From contig JBGPIA010000022.1 in NCBI GenBank assembly GCA_041484665.1, positions 1 through 64,000 on the forward strand: a stretch of 64,000 nt of DNA, written 5' to 3'. Under the pieces are notes generated by a model. It did no database searches and had not been told where the DNA came from. It saw only the letters and a list, made by a program, of their open reading frames with translations. How positions within the stretch are numbered: the stretch's first letter is position 1; each line of letters starts with the position of its first letter. Of this stretch, positions 1 to 8,440 are shown piece by piece. The translations under genes were made by a program, and so were the position numbers. This DNA comes from Candidatus Krumholzibacteriia bacterium. GTDB taxonomy: Bacteria; Krumholzibacteriota; Krumholzibacteriia; JAJRXK01.

Positions 1-420
1 GCCGAGGCAGATCTGGACGTTGGCGCCAGGCTGCGCCAGGAACAGGGCTCCGTTGTACTGGACCATGATCTGGGCGGCCACGCTCTCTTCGAGGCAGGTC
101 CCGCCCGTGCCCACGAGCCAGTTGTCATCGCCCGTGCCGACATCCAGCGCGCCGGCCGGGAAGAACTGCCGGCCACCGCTGACGATGGTGCCCGCAGGCA
201 TGCCGACGCTGAACTCGTAACCGAGCATTCCGCCCGGGACGCGGAACCCGATCACGTAGACGTTGAACAGAATGAACGGCGCTGGCACCGACGTGCTGGT
301 CATCGTTCCGGCCGCATCGAAGAACACTCCAATGCTCCCTGCCGGATGTTGCGCCGCCGCTGGTGCGACGAGACAGAGAATAGCAACGAACGCGAGTAGG
401 CACGTGCGCCTCGTGCTCAT
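1..420 (-). CDS. Secreted protein of unknown function, partial (runs off the window start; absent from the supplied ORF track)
   Basis: ATG at 420 preceded by GGAGG and open to position 1. It translates MSTRRTCLLAFVAILCLVAPAAAQHPAGSIGVFFDAAG...GGMLGYEFSV...DVGTGDDNWLVGTGGTCLE..., i.e. a signal peptide with an AAA-Q cleavage site and a domain matching one in the 60154-63741 protein. Confidence 0.85.
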   Translation of the reverse strand, partial: MSTRRTCLLAFVAILCLVAPAAAQHPAGSIGVFFDAAGTMTSTSVPAPFILFNVYVIGFRVPGGMLGYEFSVGMPAGTIVSGGRQFFPAGALDVGTGDDNWLVGTGGTCLEESVAAQIMVQYNGALFLAQPGANVQICLG

Positions 421-604
421 GGGGCCTCCGTTCTGAGTGCTGGACGAGAATGCGAGCAAGCCGGGTCGGGGATTCGGTCCCGGCTGCGAAGTCATGACGC
501 GCGTGGCATCGGGCGTGGGTGCCACCGCGATGTGCCTTGTCACTGTAGTACTGCGTAATACTGCATGCACCGGCGATTCACATCCACCGGCGCGAACGCG
601 CACG

Positions 605-634
605 ATTCAAGTACCGGCTCGATCTTTATGTCAA
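605..634 (-). promoter_or_regulatory. Candidate sigma70 promoter for the 1-420 gene
   Basis: Minus strand TTGACA-N18-TTGAAT in an AT-richer intergenic patch. The -10 element is weak. Confidence 0.35.
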
Positions 635-748
635 GCGGAAACTCGCACGGGCGGGGCGCGCCAGTGGCCGCGTGGCTGGCCGCGCGGGCAGGGCGCGTGG
701 GCGGCCGCGCGGATGTGGCGGGCGTTGCGCGCGGAGTGGAGGCGCGCC

Positions 749-3700
749 CTACTTCAGGAGGGTCATGTGGCGAGTCTGCGCAAACTCCCAACTGCGTAGC
801 TCGTACACGTAGGTCCCGCTGGCCACGGCCGCCCCGCGACCGTCGTGCCCGTTCCAGACTCGCTCGTAGTCGCCCGCCGCCAGCACCTCATCCACCAGCG
901 TGGCGACGAGCCGCCCGGCGAGATCGTAGATGCGAAGCGTGGTGCGCCCGGGCCTTGGCAGTGCGAACGCGATGCGAGTGACTGGGTTGAACGGATTGGG
1001 CGCGTTCTGCGCCAGCGAGTAGACACGCGGCAACGGCGGCGCGAAGGCAAGGCGGGCCTCGTCCTGCAAAGTCTCCACGGCGCCGCTGCGCCAGACGACT
1101 TGCAGGCGGTAGGCCAGCGCGGTGCCCGGCGCGACGCCCGCGGCGGGGTCGAGGAAGCTCATCACGCCCACGGTGGCAGGCAACAGATCGCCGGCCGGCG
1201 GCTGCCCGCCTGGAAGTGGCGAGCGCGGCGCAAGCGGCTCGAACGCCGATTCGCCGACCGAGCGCAGCAGCCGGAAGCCCACCGCACCCGACGGGTCCTG
1301 CACGGTCCACGACACGCGCACACCCTGACCCTCCTGCTCCGCCTGCAGACCGCTGGCCAGCACGGGTACGCGGTCGGGCTTGAGCACCCGGACCGTCACG
1401 CACCAGCTCAGCAGTTGGCCGGTGCCGCCGGTGATCGCATCGATGACGCGCAGCGTCCACGTGCCGTTCGCCGGCGCTCCGTAGAGGTCTGCAAGCGTCC
1501 CCGGTCCATCCGGAGGCAGCACATCTTCGTCGTCGTAGATCGCGATCAGATTGCTCACCCCCACGCCCGAGCGATCGTGCAGGCGGACCGTCTGCCCGGT
1601 GGGGCTCACGAGCTCCACGATCAGATCGCCCTGCGACGGGTGCGCGATATTCACGAAACAGTTCACATCGCCAACGTCCCCGACCTCGCTCACCACGACG
1701 TTGCTGGTCACGCCGGACGGGGCATTGTCGGGGATGCCGATCGCCGGGGCAACGCAGGGATTGAGCGCGACCTCCTGCCGCAAACGCAGCTGCAGGCCGA
1801 TGACGGCCTGGCCGGCCGACAGCGTGATCGTCTGCTGCTTCGTCTCCCAGCCCGCCGGTCCGGCAGCCACGATCCGGTAGGCGCCCGGATAGAGCCCCTG
1901 CAGCGCGAATGCCCCGTCGGTGCCGGTCACGAGCGATTGCCCGGTCGGCTCGAGGCGCACGCTGACGCCGGAGTGATCGGCCGCGCCGCTCAGATGGACG
2001 TTGCCGGCGACGGCCGCGGTCGCGGGCCCCTCGGGCGCGCGCAAATAGGTGATGATGTTCTCCATCAGATCGTCTGCGACCAGCGGGTCGGCGATCCGCG
2101 ACCATGCCGCCGCGAGCACGACGATCTGTGCCGTGGCTGGTGAGGCGTCGTTGTCGTAGACCAGCAGACCGGCGGCGCCGTGCTGCGTGTGCGTGCCGCA
2201 GACGACGTAGGCATCGCTGGCAGGCGCCAGCGCGTCCTGATCGCCAGCGCCGGCGGGCAGGCTGAGCGAAATGTGCGCCGGCAGCGCATGGGGCGTCGTG
2301 AGAATCGGGTGGTAATCGCGGTCGGGGCGGGCGACCAGCGGCCCCGAGTCATCGCCGAGCCAGCCCGTCACGTGGAGGACGTGCTGGACGACATCGGTGT
2401 ACCCCTGCGCGATGGCGCGGTGCCCCACTTCGCCGCCCTCCACGACCAGCTTGCCGCCCGCGTTCACATAGTCGACGACGGCCTGGCGGTAGGCCGCATC
2501 GGACAGCGGCGCGCTCGAGCTGCCCGAGCTGCTGACCAGGACATCGTACGCGGGCCAGGTGCTGGGAATGGACTGGGCAGCGTCCTCCACCAACGCAAGG
2601 AAGCCCGCGCCGTTCAGCGCCCCCGCGATATCCGCGGCCCCGGTCGCGAGCGTCTTGCCCGCGCCCCGCGCCGTGGCGGCGATCGCGTCATCATCGAGGA
2701 CGAGCACAGTCGCGGGCACCTGGACGATCTGCATCGTGTGCGGGCCGCTCAGGCGTTGATTGCCCGCGGCCGAGGAGTCCGTGGCGCGGATCGAGTACGC
2801 GATCACGTCGCCTACCGCGGCACTGACGGCCCCGCCCGGGAAGGTACCCTGGTAGAGGTCACCGGAGGCGTGCGCCAGGGCAAAGCCGCTCTGCGCATTG
2901 CCGTTGAAACTCCATTCCACCTGGACGCTTTGCACCCCGAAGTTGTCGGTGACCTGGGCGCGTAGCGTCGGAGGCCAGATCTGCGGCGACAGGCGCAGCA
3001 GCGGCGCGTGGACGATCGTGGGGGCCTGTGTGTCTGGGCCGACGGCGAAGCTGAGCACCTGCGCGGGGGCAAGGGCGGGCTCCGTGCGCGTCACGCCCGC
3101 GTCATCAGTGGCGACCAGGTAGTACTCGATGGTCGCCGGAGCGCCCGGACCGGGCAGCGCGCCCGTCCACAGGTCGCCCCCGGCAGTTCCCAACGTCACC
3201 GCACTGAAGTCCGGCGCCCCCTGCAGGTGGTAGAGCGCCTTGACGGCGGTGGCCTGGGAGATGGGGGAGGAGTGGCGGATGGTGACTGCGACGGGATAGG
3301 GGCCGGCCACGTTCTCGGTGAAGCCCAGCGGCGTGTGCTGGAGCGTCAGGTCATACGGCAGGCCGATGCCGTGCGCGCTGAAGGCGGCGTAGATGTCGGG
3401 CACGTGCGTTCCGCCATAGAGCTGCACGTCCGCCTGGACCGCCCCATCGCGGGCGTCGAGGAACTGCGGGTCGAAGGGCATGTAGAAGAACGACGAGACG
3501 ATGATCCGGTCGGCGATGGTCGCGTCGGTGCGCCCGCGCAGGTCCCAGAACGCGGCGCTCATGATCTCCCCGTCCGTATGGATCTCGTGGACGAGGTCGG
3601 CCGGGTAGACCTTGCTGGTGTCAGTGCGCCTCAAGAACGGGGGCGGGCCGGGGTTGTAGGAGGTGGCGTCCCACTCGGCGACCAGGGCGTTGTTCCCGAA

Positions 3701-5437
3701 GGAAGCGGCGTTGTAATCACCGAACGCTTCCCCGAGAGCGCCGGTCTCCCCGACGTGGTCCCAGCCCGGGATGATGTTGTCGTGGATCGCGTGCCCGTAC
3801 TCGTGGAGCACCACTTCGCCATCGTCGGAGTCGTCGACGCCGCCGTCACCGTAGGTGATCGACAGGGTCGCCTGGCTGTAGAAGCTGTTGTCGTCCTCGA
3901 TCCCGTGGACGATGCAGGTCGTGCGGCGGTTGTTCGCAGTCAGCAAGCCGAGCTGGCTCTGGAGGTAGTCCTGGCGGGTGTCGATGTGCCAGTAGACGTT
4001 GACCTCCTGGAAGTGTCCTTTCGCCACTTCGGCCGTGTACTCGAACGTCTGCGTCGGCTCCAGCGCGCGAGTGAGCGGTGCCGGGACCTGTGCGTCGACG
4101 TAGCTGCCGCGCAGCAGGCCCGTGCCGTCCAGCCGCGCCAGCGGCTTGCTCTCGCGGAATGCGTCCATGTTGGCGCCATCGCGCAGGAAATAGCGCTCAG
4201 GGTGCCCGTTGAGCGGATTGGCGGGGAAGACCATGCCGCTGCCGGTGACCTGGACCGCCTGCGGTACGGCGGTCATGCTGGGCGCGCCAGCTGCGCCCGC
4301 CGCCGCATCTGCAGCCGCGTCCGCCGACGCATCCGCATCCGCGTCCGCCGCGCTGGCCATGCCGAACAAAGCGCCGCGGGCGACGAGCTGTGCACCTGGC
4401 TCCGGGAGCACGACCAGCCCCGCCGGTCCTATCCGCTGCGCCGCCGCAGCCCCGGCCGGGGGTGCCATCTCGACGCGGGCCCGCGCGGGGAAGCCCCGGT
4501 CGCTACCGTCGCCCCGGTTGCCGCGATCGAGCTTGCTGCAGCGCAGCATCCGGTCCTCGGTGCGCAGGACCTGGCCGCTGCGCGCGTCTACGAAGCTCAC
4601 CCAGTCGCCGAGCGGGGCCCACAGCGGTACGGTCGTGCGGTACGCCAGACGCGCGGTCCCCGAGGTGGCGTCCACGATCAGCTCGGCGACGGGCATGGCG
4701 CGAGCGGCGCCCGGCCGGTCGATCGTGCGCAGCGCCGCGGCGATCGCCTGCGCGGGAGTGATGGCCGCAGCAGCGTCGGAGAGCAGCAGGTCGGGCCGCC
4801 AGCTGCTTCCGATCGACACCGGCTCGCCGCGCAGGTCCAGGTTGACCTGCACGTACGCCCCATCTACGGGGACGCCGCGCAGAAGCTGCTGCTTCCAGAC
4901 ATGCACGCCCGCCGCACTGTGGGCGATGCGCACCGTGCGCAGGGAGTGCACCGCGTTGGCGTTGGCGCCGGGGGCCGGCGCGGCGACCGTCGCGATCTCG
5001 ACCTCCTCGCCGCCGAACAGGATGTGGCTGCAGACGCCCAAGGCGGCGTTGGCCGCGGCCTCCTCGGCGGGGGCGCCGGCCGTGGTGTTGGCCATCGCTG
5101 CGGCCGCGGCGCTGGCCGAGGCGCTGGCCGAGGCGACGGGGAGGCCGGGGTAGGTGGGGAGCGCGGCACCGGCGGAACGGGCCGGCGAATAGTGCGCCAG
5201 CAGGCGAGGCAGGCCGCGCTTGTCATCCCAGCGGACGGTGTACCCGGCAGCGGCAACCTCTCGCTCGGCCGCAGCGCGGGGGGCAGGGCTCTCCGCGGCC
5301 CACGCACCAGCCGTGAGGAGCAGCAGCAGGGCCGCTCCCGCGCCCGACGCGGACACCAGGGTGGCCGCGAAGCGGCGCTGCGGGCGGTGGAGGGCACGGA
5401 GATGTCGTAGCACGGCGATGCGCGGCAATGCGTCCAC
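749..5437 (-). CDS. Large secreted zinc metallopeptidase (M4/M36 thermolysin/fungalysin-like) with propeptide, Ig-like modules, carboxypeptidase-regulatory-like domain, proprotein-convertase P domain and FlgD-Ig C-terminal domain
   Basis: HEYGH zinc motif followed by GALGEAFGD (third ligand Glu) and HEIHTDGEI. P-domain signature IAHPSQGDLIVELVSP...GTWTLRV. C-terminus QNAPNPFNPVTRI...IYDLAGRLV...WNG...VASGTY. N-terminal hydrophobic signal. Exact start uncertain. Confidence 0.85.
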   Translation of the reverse strand: MDALPRIAVLRHLRALHRPQRRFAATLVSASGAGAALLLLLTAGAWAAESPAPRAAAEREVAAAGYTVRWDDKRGLPRLLAHYSPARSAGAALPTYPGLPVASASASASAAAAAMANTTAGAPAEEAAANAALGVCSHILFGGEEVEIATVAAPAPGANANAVHSLRTVRIAHSAAGVHVWKQQLLRGVPVDGAYVQVNLDLRGEPVSIGSSWRPDLLLSDAAAAITPAQAIAAALRTIDRPGAARAMPVAELIVDATSGTARLAYRTTVPLWAPLGDWVSFVDARSGQVLRTEDRMLRCSKLDRGNRGDGSDRGFPARARVEMAPPAGAAAAQRIGPAGLVVLPEPGAQLVARGALFGMASAADADADASADAAADAAAGAAGAPSMTAVPQAVQVTGSGMVFPANPLNGHPERYFLRDGANMDAFRESKPLARLDGTGLLRGSYVDAQVPAPLTRALEPTQTFEYTAEVAKGHFQEVNVYWHIDTRQDYLQSQLGLLTANNRRTTCIVHGIEDDNSFYSQATLSITYGDGGVDDSDDGEVVLHEYGHAIHDNIIPGWDHVGETGALGEAFGDYNAASFGNNALVAEWDATSYNPGPPPFLRRTDTSKVYPADLVHEIHTDGEIMSAAFWDLRGRTDATIADRIIVSSFFYMPFDPQFLDARDGAVQADVQLYGGTHVPDIYAAFSAHGIGLPYDLTLQHTPLGFTENVAGPYPVAVTIRHSSPISQATAVKALYHLQGAPDFSAVTLGTAGGDLWTGALPGPGAPATIEYYLVATDDAGVTRTEPALAPAQVLSFAVGPDTQAPTIVHAPLLRLSPQIWPPTLRAQVTDNFGVQSVQVEWSFNGNAQSGFALAHASGDLYQGTFPGGAVSAAVGDVIAYSIRATDSSAAGNQRLSGPHTMQIVQVPATVLVLDDDAIAATARGAGKTLATGAADIAGALNGAGFLALVEDAAQSIPSTWPAYDVLVSSSGSSSAPLSDAAYRQAVVDYVNAGGKLVVEGGEVGHRAIAQGYTDVVQHVLHVTGWLGDDSGPLVARPDRDYHPILTTPHALPAHISLSLPAGAGDQDALAPASDAYVVCGTHTQHGAAGLLVYDNDASPATAQIVVLAAAWSRIADPLVADDLMENIITYLRAPEGPATAAVAGNVHLSGAADHSGVSVRLEPTGQSLVTGTDGAFALQGLYPGAYRIVAAGPAGWETKQQTITLSAGQAVIGLQLRLRQEVALNPCVAPAIGIPDNAPSGVTSNVVVSEVGDVGDVNCFVNIAHPSQGDLIVELVSPTGQTVRLHDRSGVGVSNLIAIYDDEDVLPPDGPGTLADLYGAPANGTWTLRVIDAITGGTGQLLSWCVTVRVLKPDRVPVLASGLQAEQEGQGVRVSWTVQDPSGAVGFRLLRSVGESAFEPLAPRSPLPGGQPPAGDLLPATVGVMSFLDPAAGVAPGTALAYRLQVVWRSGAVETLQDEARLAFAPPLPRVYSLAQNAPNPFNPVTRIAFALPRPGRTTLRIYDLAGRLVATLVDEVLAAGDYERVWNGHDGRGAAVASGTYVYELRSWEFAQTRHMTLLK

Positions 5438-5838
5438 CTAGCCGGGGAGCCACGGGCGGGGCCGCCGTGGACCACATCTCTCGCCCCAGATCACAGTTCC
5501 AGTATACACCACACTTCCGCCCGACCGGGCTCGCAGTCGTGGTGGAATCCGCAGCGTGGGCCCGTCGGCGGGACCGCCGTGCTGCGCACGGGGACTCACG
5601 GTGGTGTCCCGGTCTCCAGTGCGTAGCCGGCGTCTATAGTGCGTATTGGCAACAGTTGATGGGCCAGCGATCCCTGCCGACCCGGCACGGGGGCCCACCT
5701 GCAGGCCGCGGCGCACCGAGCGTCACGCAGACCTGCAGCCCACGTCGACCCTGCCCGGCCCGTGCGCTATCCTCGGGCAGCTTCCGACGGGCCCGGGCCG
5801 TGGACGGGCGCCCTCCCCGCAGCCGACAGGAGATCAGG

Positions 5839-6939
5839 ATGGCCCGCCACGATCGCCGCCAGCGCGCGCGGCAGCTCGGACGCACTCAGCAGAAGCGCAT
5901 GAAGCGGCCCGGTCTCTCGCCCGGAACGCTGGTCCATACCGGCGAGCAGCGGCTCCCGCAGCCACGCATCACGGTCATCGACTACGATGCCGGCCACGTG
6001 ACGGAGAAACAGCTCGGCAGCGCCGACGAGTGCGCGGCCTTCCAGGGGATGCGCGGCGTGAGCTGGATCAACGTCGACGGCTTGCACGACACCGATCTGC
6101 TGGCCCGCATCGGCGAGCGCTTCCACCTCCATCCGCTGGTGATGGAGGACGTCGCAAGCGTGGGCCAGCGCCCCAAGCTGGAGGCCTACGACGACTACCT
6201 GTTCGTCGTATTGCGCCAGCTCAGTTACGACGAAGAGAGCGGGCACGTGCAGCACGAGCAGTTCAGCATGGTGCTGGGGTCGGGCTGGGTGCTCTCGTTC
6301 CAGGAGAACGTGGGCGACGTCCTCGACCCGGTGCGCGAGCGCATCCGCGGGGGCAAGGGGCGCATCCGCAAGCTGGGCGCCGACTACCTCGCCTACGCGG
6401 TGATGGACGCCATCGTCGACCACTACTTCATCATCCTCGAGAAGGTCGGCGAGCGGATCCAGGAGTTGGAGGATGCGGTGGTCGCCGACCCGCGCCAGGA
6501 GATCGTCCAGAGCATCCACGCGCTGCGCCAGGAGGCGCTGTACCTGCGCAAGTCGGTGTGGCCGTTACGCGAGGTGCTCGCCTCGCTGCAGCGCGAGGAG
6601 TCGCGCCTGATCTCCCCGGAGTGCCGCGTGTTCCTCCGCGATGTCTACGACCACACCATCCAGGTCGTGGAGACGGTCGAGACCTATCGCGACCTGATCG
6701 CCGGCATGCTCGAGATCTATCTCTCCAGCGTCAACAACCGGCTCAACGAGGTGATGAAGGTCCTCACCATGGTCTCGACGATCTTCATTCCGCTCAGCTT
6801 CCTGGCCAGCATCTACGGCATGAACTTCCTGCACATGCCCGAGCTGCAGTGGCGGTACGGGTATTTCGCCATCCTCGCGTTGATGGCGGTGCTGGGTGTC
6901 GGGATGCTGTTCTTCTTCCGGCACAAGAAGTGGCTATGA
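5839..6939 (+). CDS. corA: Magnesium/cobalt transporter CorA
   Basis: PGTLVHTGE, HPLVMED, QRPKLE, and YGMNFxxMPEL signature followed by two TM helices. ATG at 5839 after AGGAG. Confidence 0.95.
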   Translation: MARHDRRQRARQLGRTQQKRMKRPGLSPGTLVHTGEQRLPQPRITVIDYDAGHVTEKQLGSADECAAFQGMRGVSWINVDGLHDTDLLARIGERFHLHPLVMEDVASVGQRPKLEAYDDYLFVVLRQLSYDEESGHVQHEQFSMVLGSGWVLSFQENVGDVLDPVRERIRGGKGRIRKLGADYLAYAVMDAIVDHYFIILEKVGERIQELEDAVVADPRQEIVQSIHALRQEALYLRKSVWPLREVLASLQREESRLISPECRVFLRDVYDHTIQVVETVETYRDLIAGMLEIYLSSVNNRLNEVMKVLTMVSTIFIPLSFLASIYGMNFLHMPELQWRYGYFAILALMAVLGVGMLFFFRHKKWL

Positions 6940-8354
6940 CGGGCAAGCAGACCCGGCGCGTCGCTGCGACTGGAGCTTGGGCGCAGGGCACGGGAGCCGC
7001 GGGCCCGGGGTCGGGCGGCGTGCAGACCGGGCGCGTCGCTGCGACCGGTGCGCAGGTCGGCAACGGTGCGCGGCCGCGGCGCATCGTCATCCTGGGCGGC
7101 GGTTACGGCGGCGCGTATTGCGCCCAGTCCCTGGAGAAGCGCCTGCGCCGGGCGGGCCTCACGCGCGCCACGGAGGTCCTGCTGCTGGACCGCAACAACT
7201 TCTTCGTCGCCTATCCGCTGCTGGTGGAGGCAGGCACCGGCAGCCTGGAGCCGCGTCACGCCGTGATCGCGTTGCGTGCGTTCCTGAAGACGACGCACTT
7301 CAAGCAGGCTGAGGCGACCGGCGTCGATCGCGCGGCGCGGCGCGTCACTTACCGCGTCGTCGGGTCGCAGCAGGAAGAGTCCGTGGAGTACGACCACCTG
7401 GTGGTCGCCGTCGGCAGCGTCACGCGCTGGCCGCCCGTCCCCGGGCTGGACCGCTTTGGTCTGGAGCTCAAGACCCTGGCCGACGCCGTTGCGTTGCGGG
7501 ATCGCGCCATCTGGATGCTGGAGCGCGCCGACGCGACCGCGGACTCGAGCGAGCGCGCGGGCCTGCTGCACTTCGTGGTCGTCGGCGGCAACTTCACCGG
7601 CGCCGAGGTCGCCGGAGAGTTCCACGTACTCCTGCGCGAGGCGGCACGACTGTATCCCAATCTGCGGCCCAGCGACTGCAAGGTGACGCTGGTCGAGATC
7701 GGCGACCGCATCCTGGGGGCGCTGGACGCCGACCTGGCCGAGTACGCGCGCCGGCAGATGGAGCGGCGTGGCATGAGCGTGCGCCTGAGGACGTCGGTGA
7801 GCGAGATCCGTGAACGGGAAGTCGTCCTCGACAACGGGGAGGTGCTACCCGCGCTGACGGTGATCTGGTGCGCGGGGATCGCCCCCAACCCGCTCATTGC
7901 CAAGCTGGGGCTGCCCGTCGACCGGCTCGGCTACATCGTGTGCGACCGCGAGCTGCGCGCGCAGGGGCACTCCGATGTCTGGGCGATCGGCGACTGCGCC
8001 ATCTGCCTCGACCGGGACGGCAAGCCGACCGCCGCCACCGCGCAGCGGGCCGTGCAGCAAGGCGAGCACCTCGGCCGCAGCCTCGCCCGCGTGTTGCAGG
8101 GAGAGCCTGCGCCGGTGTTCGTCTACGCGCCGGTCGGAGCCCTGGCGGCGCTGGGGTGCCGAACCGGCGTGGCCCGGCTGTTCGGCGTGAAGCTGTCGGG
8201 CTTCTGGGCGTGGGCGCTGTGGCGGACGGTCTACCTGTTGAAGATGCCCGGTTGGTCGCGGCGCGCGCGCATCGCGCTGGACTGGAGCATCGACCTGGTG
8301 TTCCGCCGCGAGTACGTGCAGCTGGGCGTGCATAAAGGCCGACACGGAGCGTAG
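6936..8354 (+). CDS. ndh: NAD(P)/FAD-dependent oxidoreductase, type II NADH dehydrogenase family
   Basis: [11 protein letters not shown] motif, [14 protein letters not shown] nucleotide motif, [17 protein letters not shown] overlap with the corA stop. Confidence 0.8.
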   Translation: MTGKQTRRVAATGAWAQGTGAAGPGSGGVQTGRVAATGAQVGNGARPRRIVILGGGYGGAYCAQSLEKRLRRAGLTRATEVLLLDRNNFFVAYPLLVEAGTGSLEPRHAVIALRAFLKTTHFKQAEATGVDRAARRVTYRVVGSQQEESVEYDHLVVAVGSVTRWPPVPGLDRFGLELKTLADAVALRDRAIWMLERADATADSSERAGLLHFVVVGGNFTGAEVAGEFHVLLREAARLYPNLRPSDCKVTLVEIGDRILGALDADLAEYARRQMERRGMSVRLRTSVSEIREREVVLDNGEVLPALTVIWCAGIAPNPLIAKLGLPVDRLGYIVCDRELRAQGHSDVWAIGDCAICLDRDGKPTAATAQRAVQQGEHLGRSLARVLQGEPAPVFVYAPVGALAALGCRTGVARLFGVKLSGFWAWALWRTVYLLKMPGWSRRARIALDWSIDLVFRREYVQLGVHKGRHGA

Positions 8355-8440
8355 CCGGCGCGCCGCTTGATCGCGCAGCGGCGCGCGCGCAGGATACAGG
8401 GGCCGCTGCCGCCCCCGGCCGCTGCAAGAGGGAGCGGGCC

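Noticed and set aside
3008..5410. Long alternative-frame and antisense ORFs (e.g. 3008-5410, 11781-14441, 17226-19982, 36976-38934, 57898-60039, 61096-63672)
   Set aside because: Shadow ORFs expected from high GC3 codon bias. They overlap well-supported genes and show no family motifs.
5437..5838. Mg2+ (M-box) riboswitch upstream of corA or mgtE
   Set aside because: No recognisable M-box motifs upstream of corA, and mgtE has only a ~35-nt upstream gap.
5428..6935. ORF-track N-terminal extensions (corA from 5428, ndh from 5646, M16 from 11184, hydA from 20450, HAD from 23200, guaB from 34434, HDOD from 40674)
   Set aside because: The extensions are low-complexity and overlap neighbouring genes or promoters. 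Downstream starts have RBS or coupling signals and match family N-termini.
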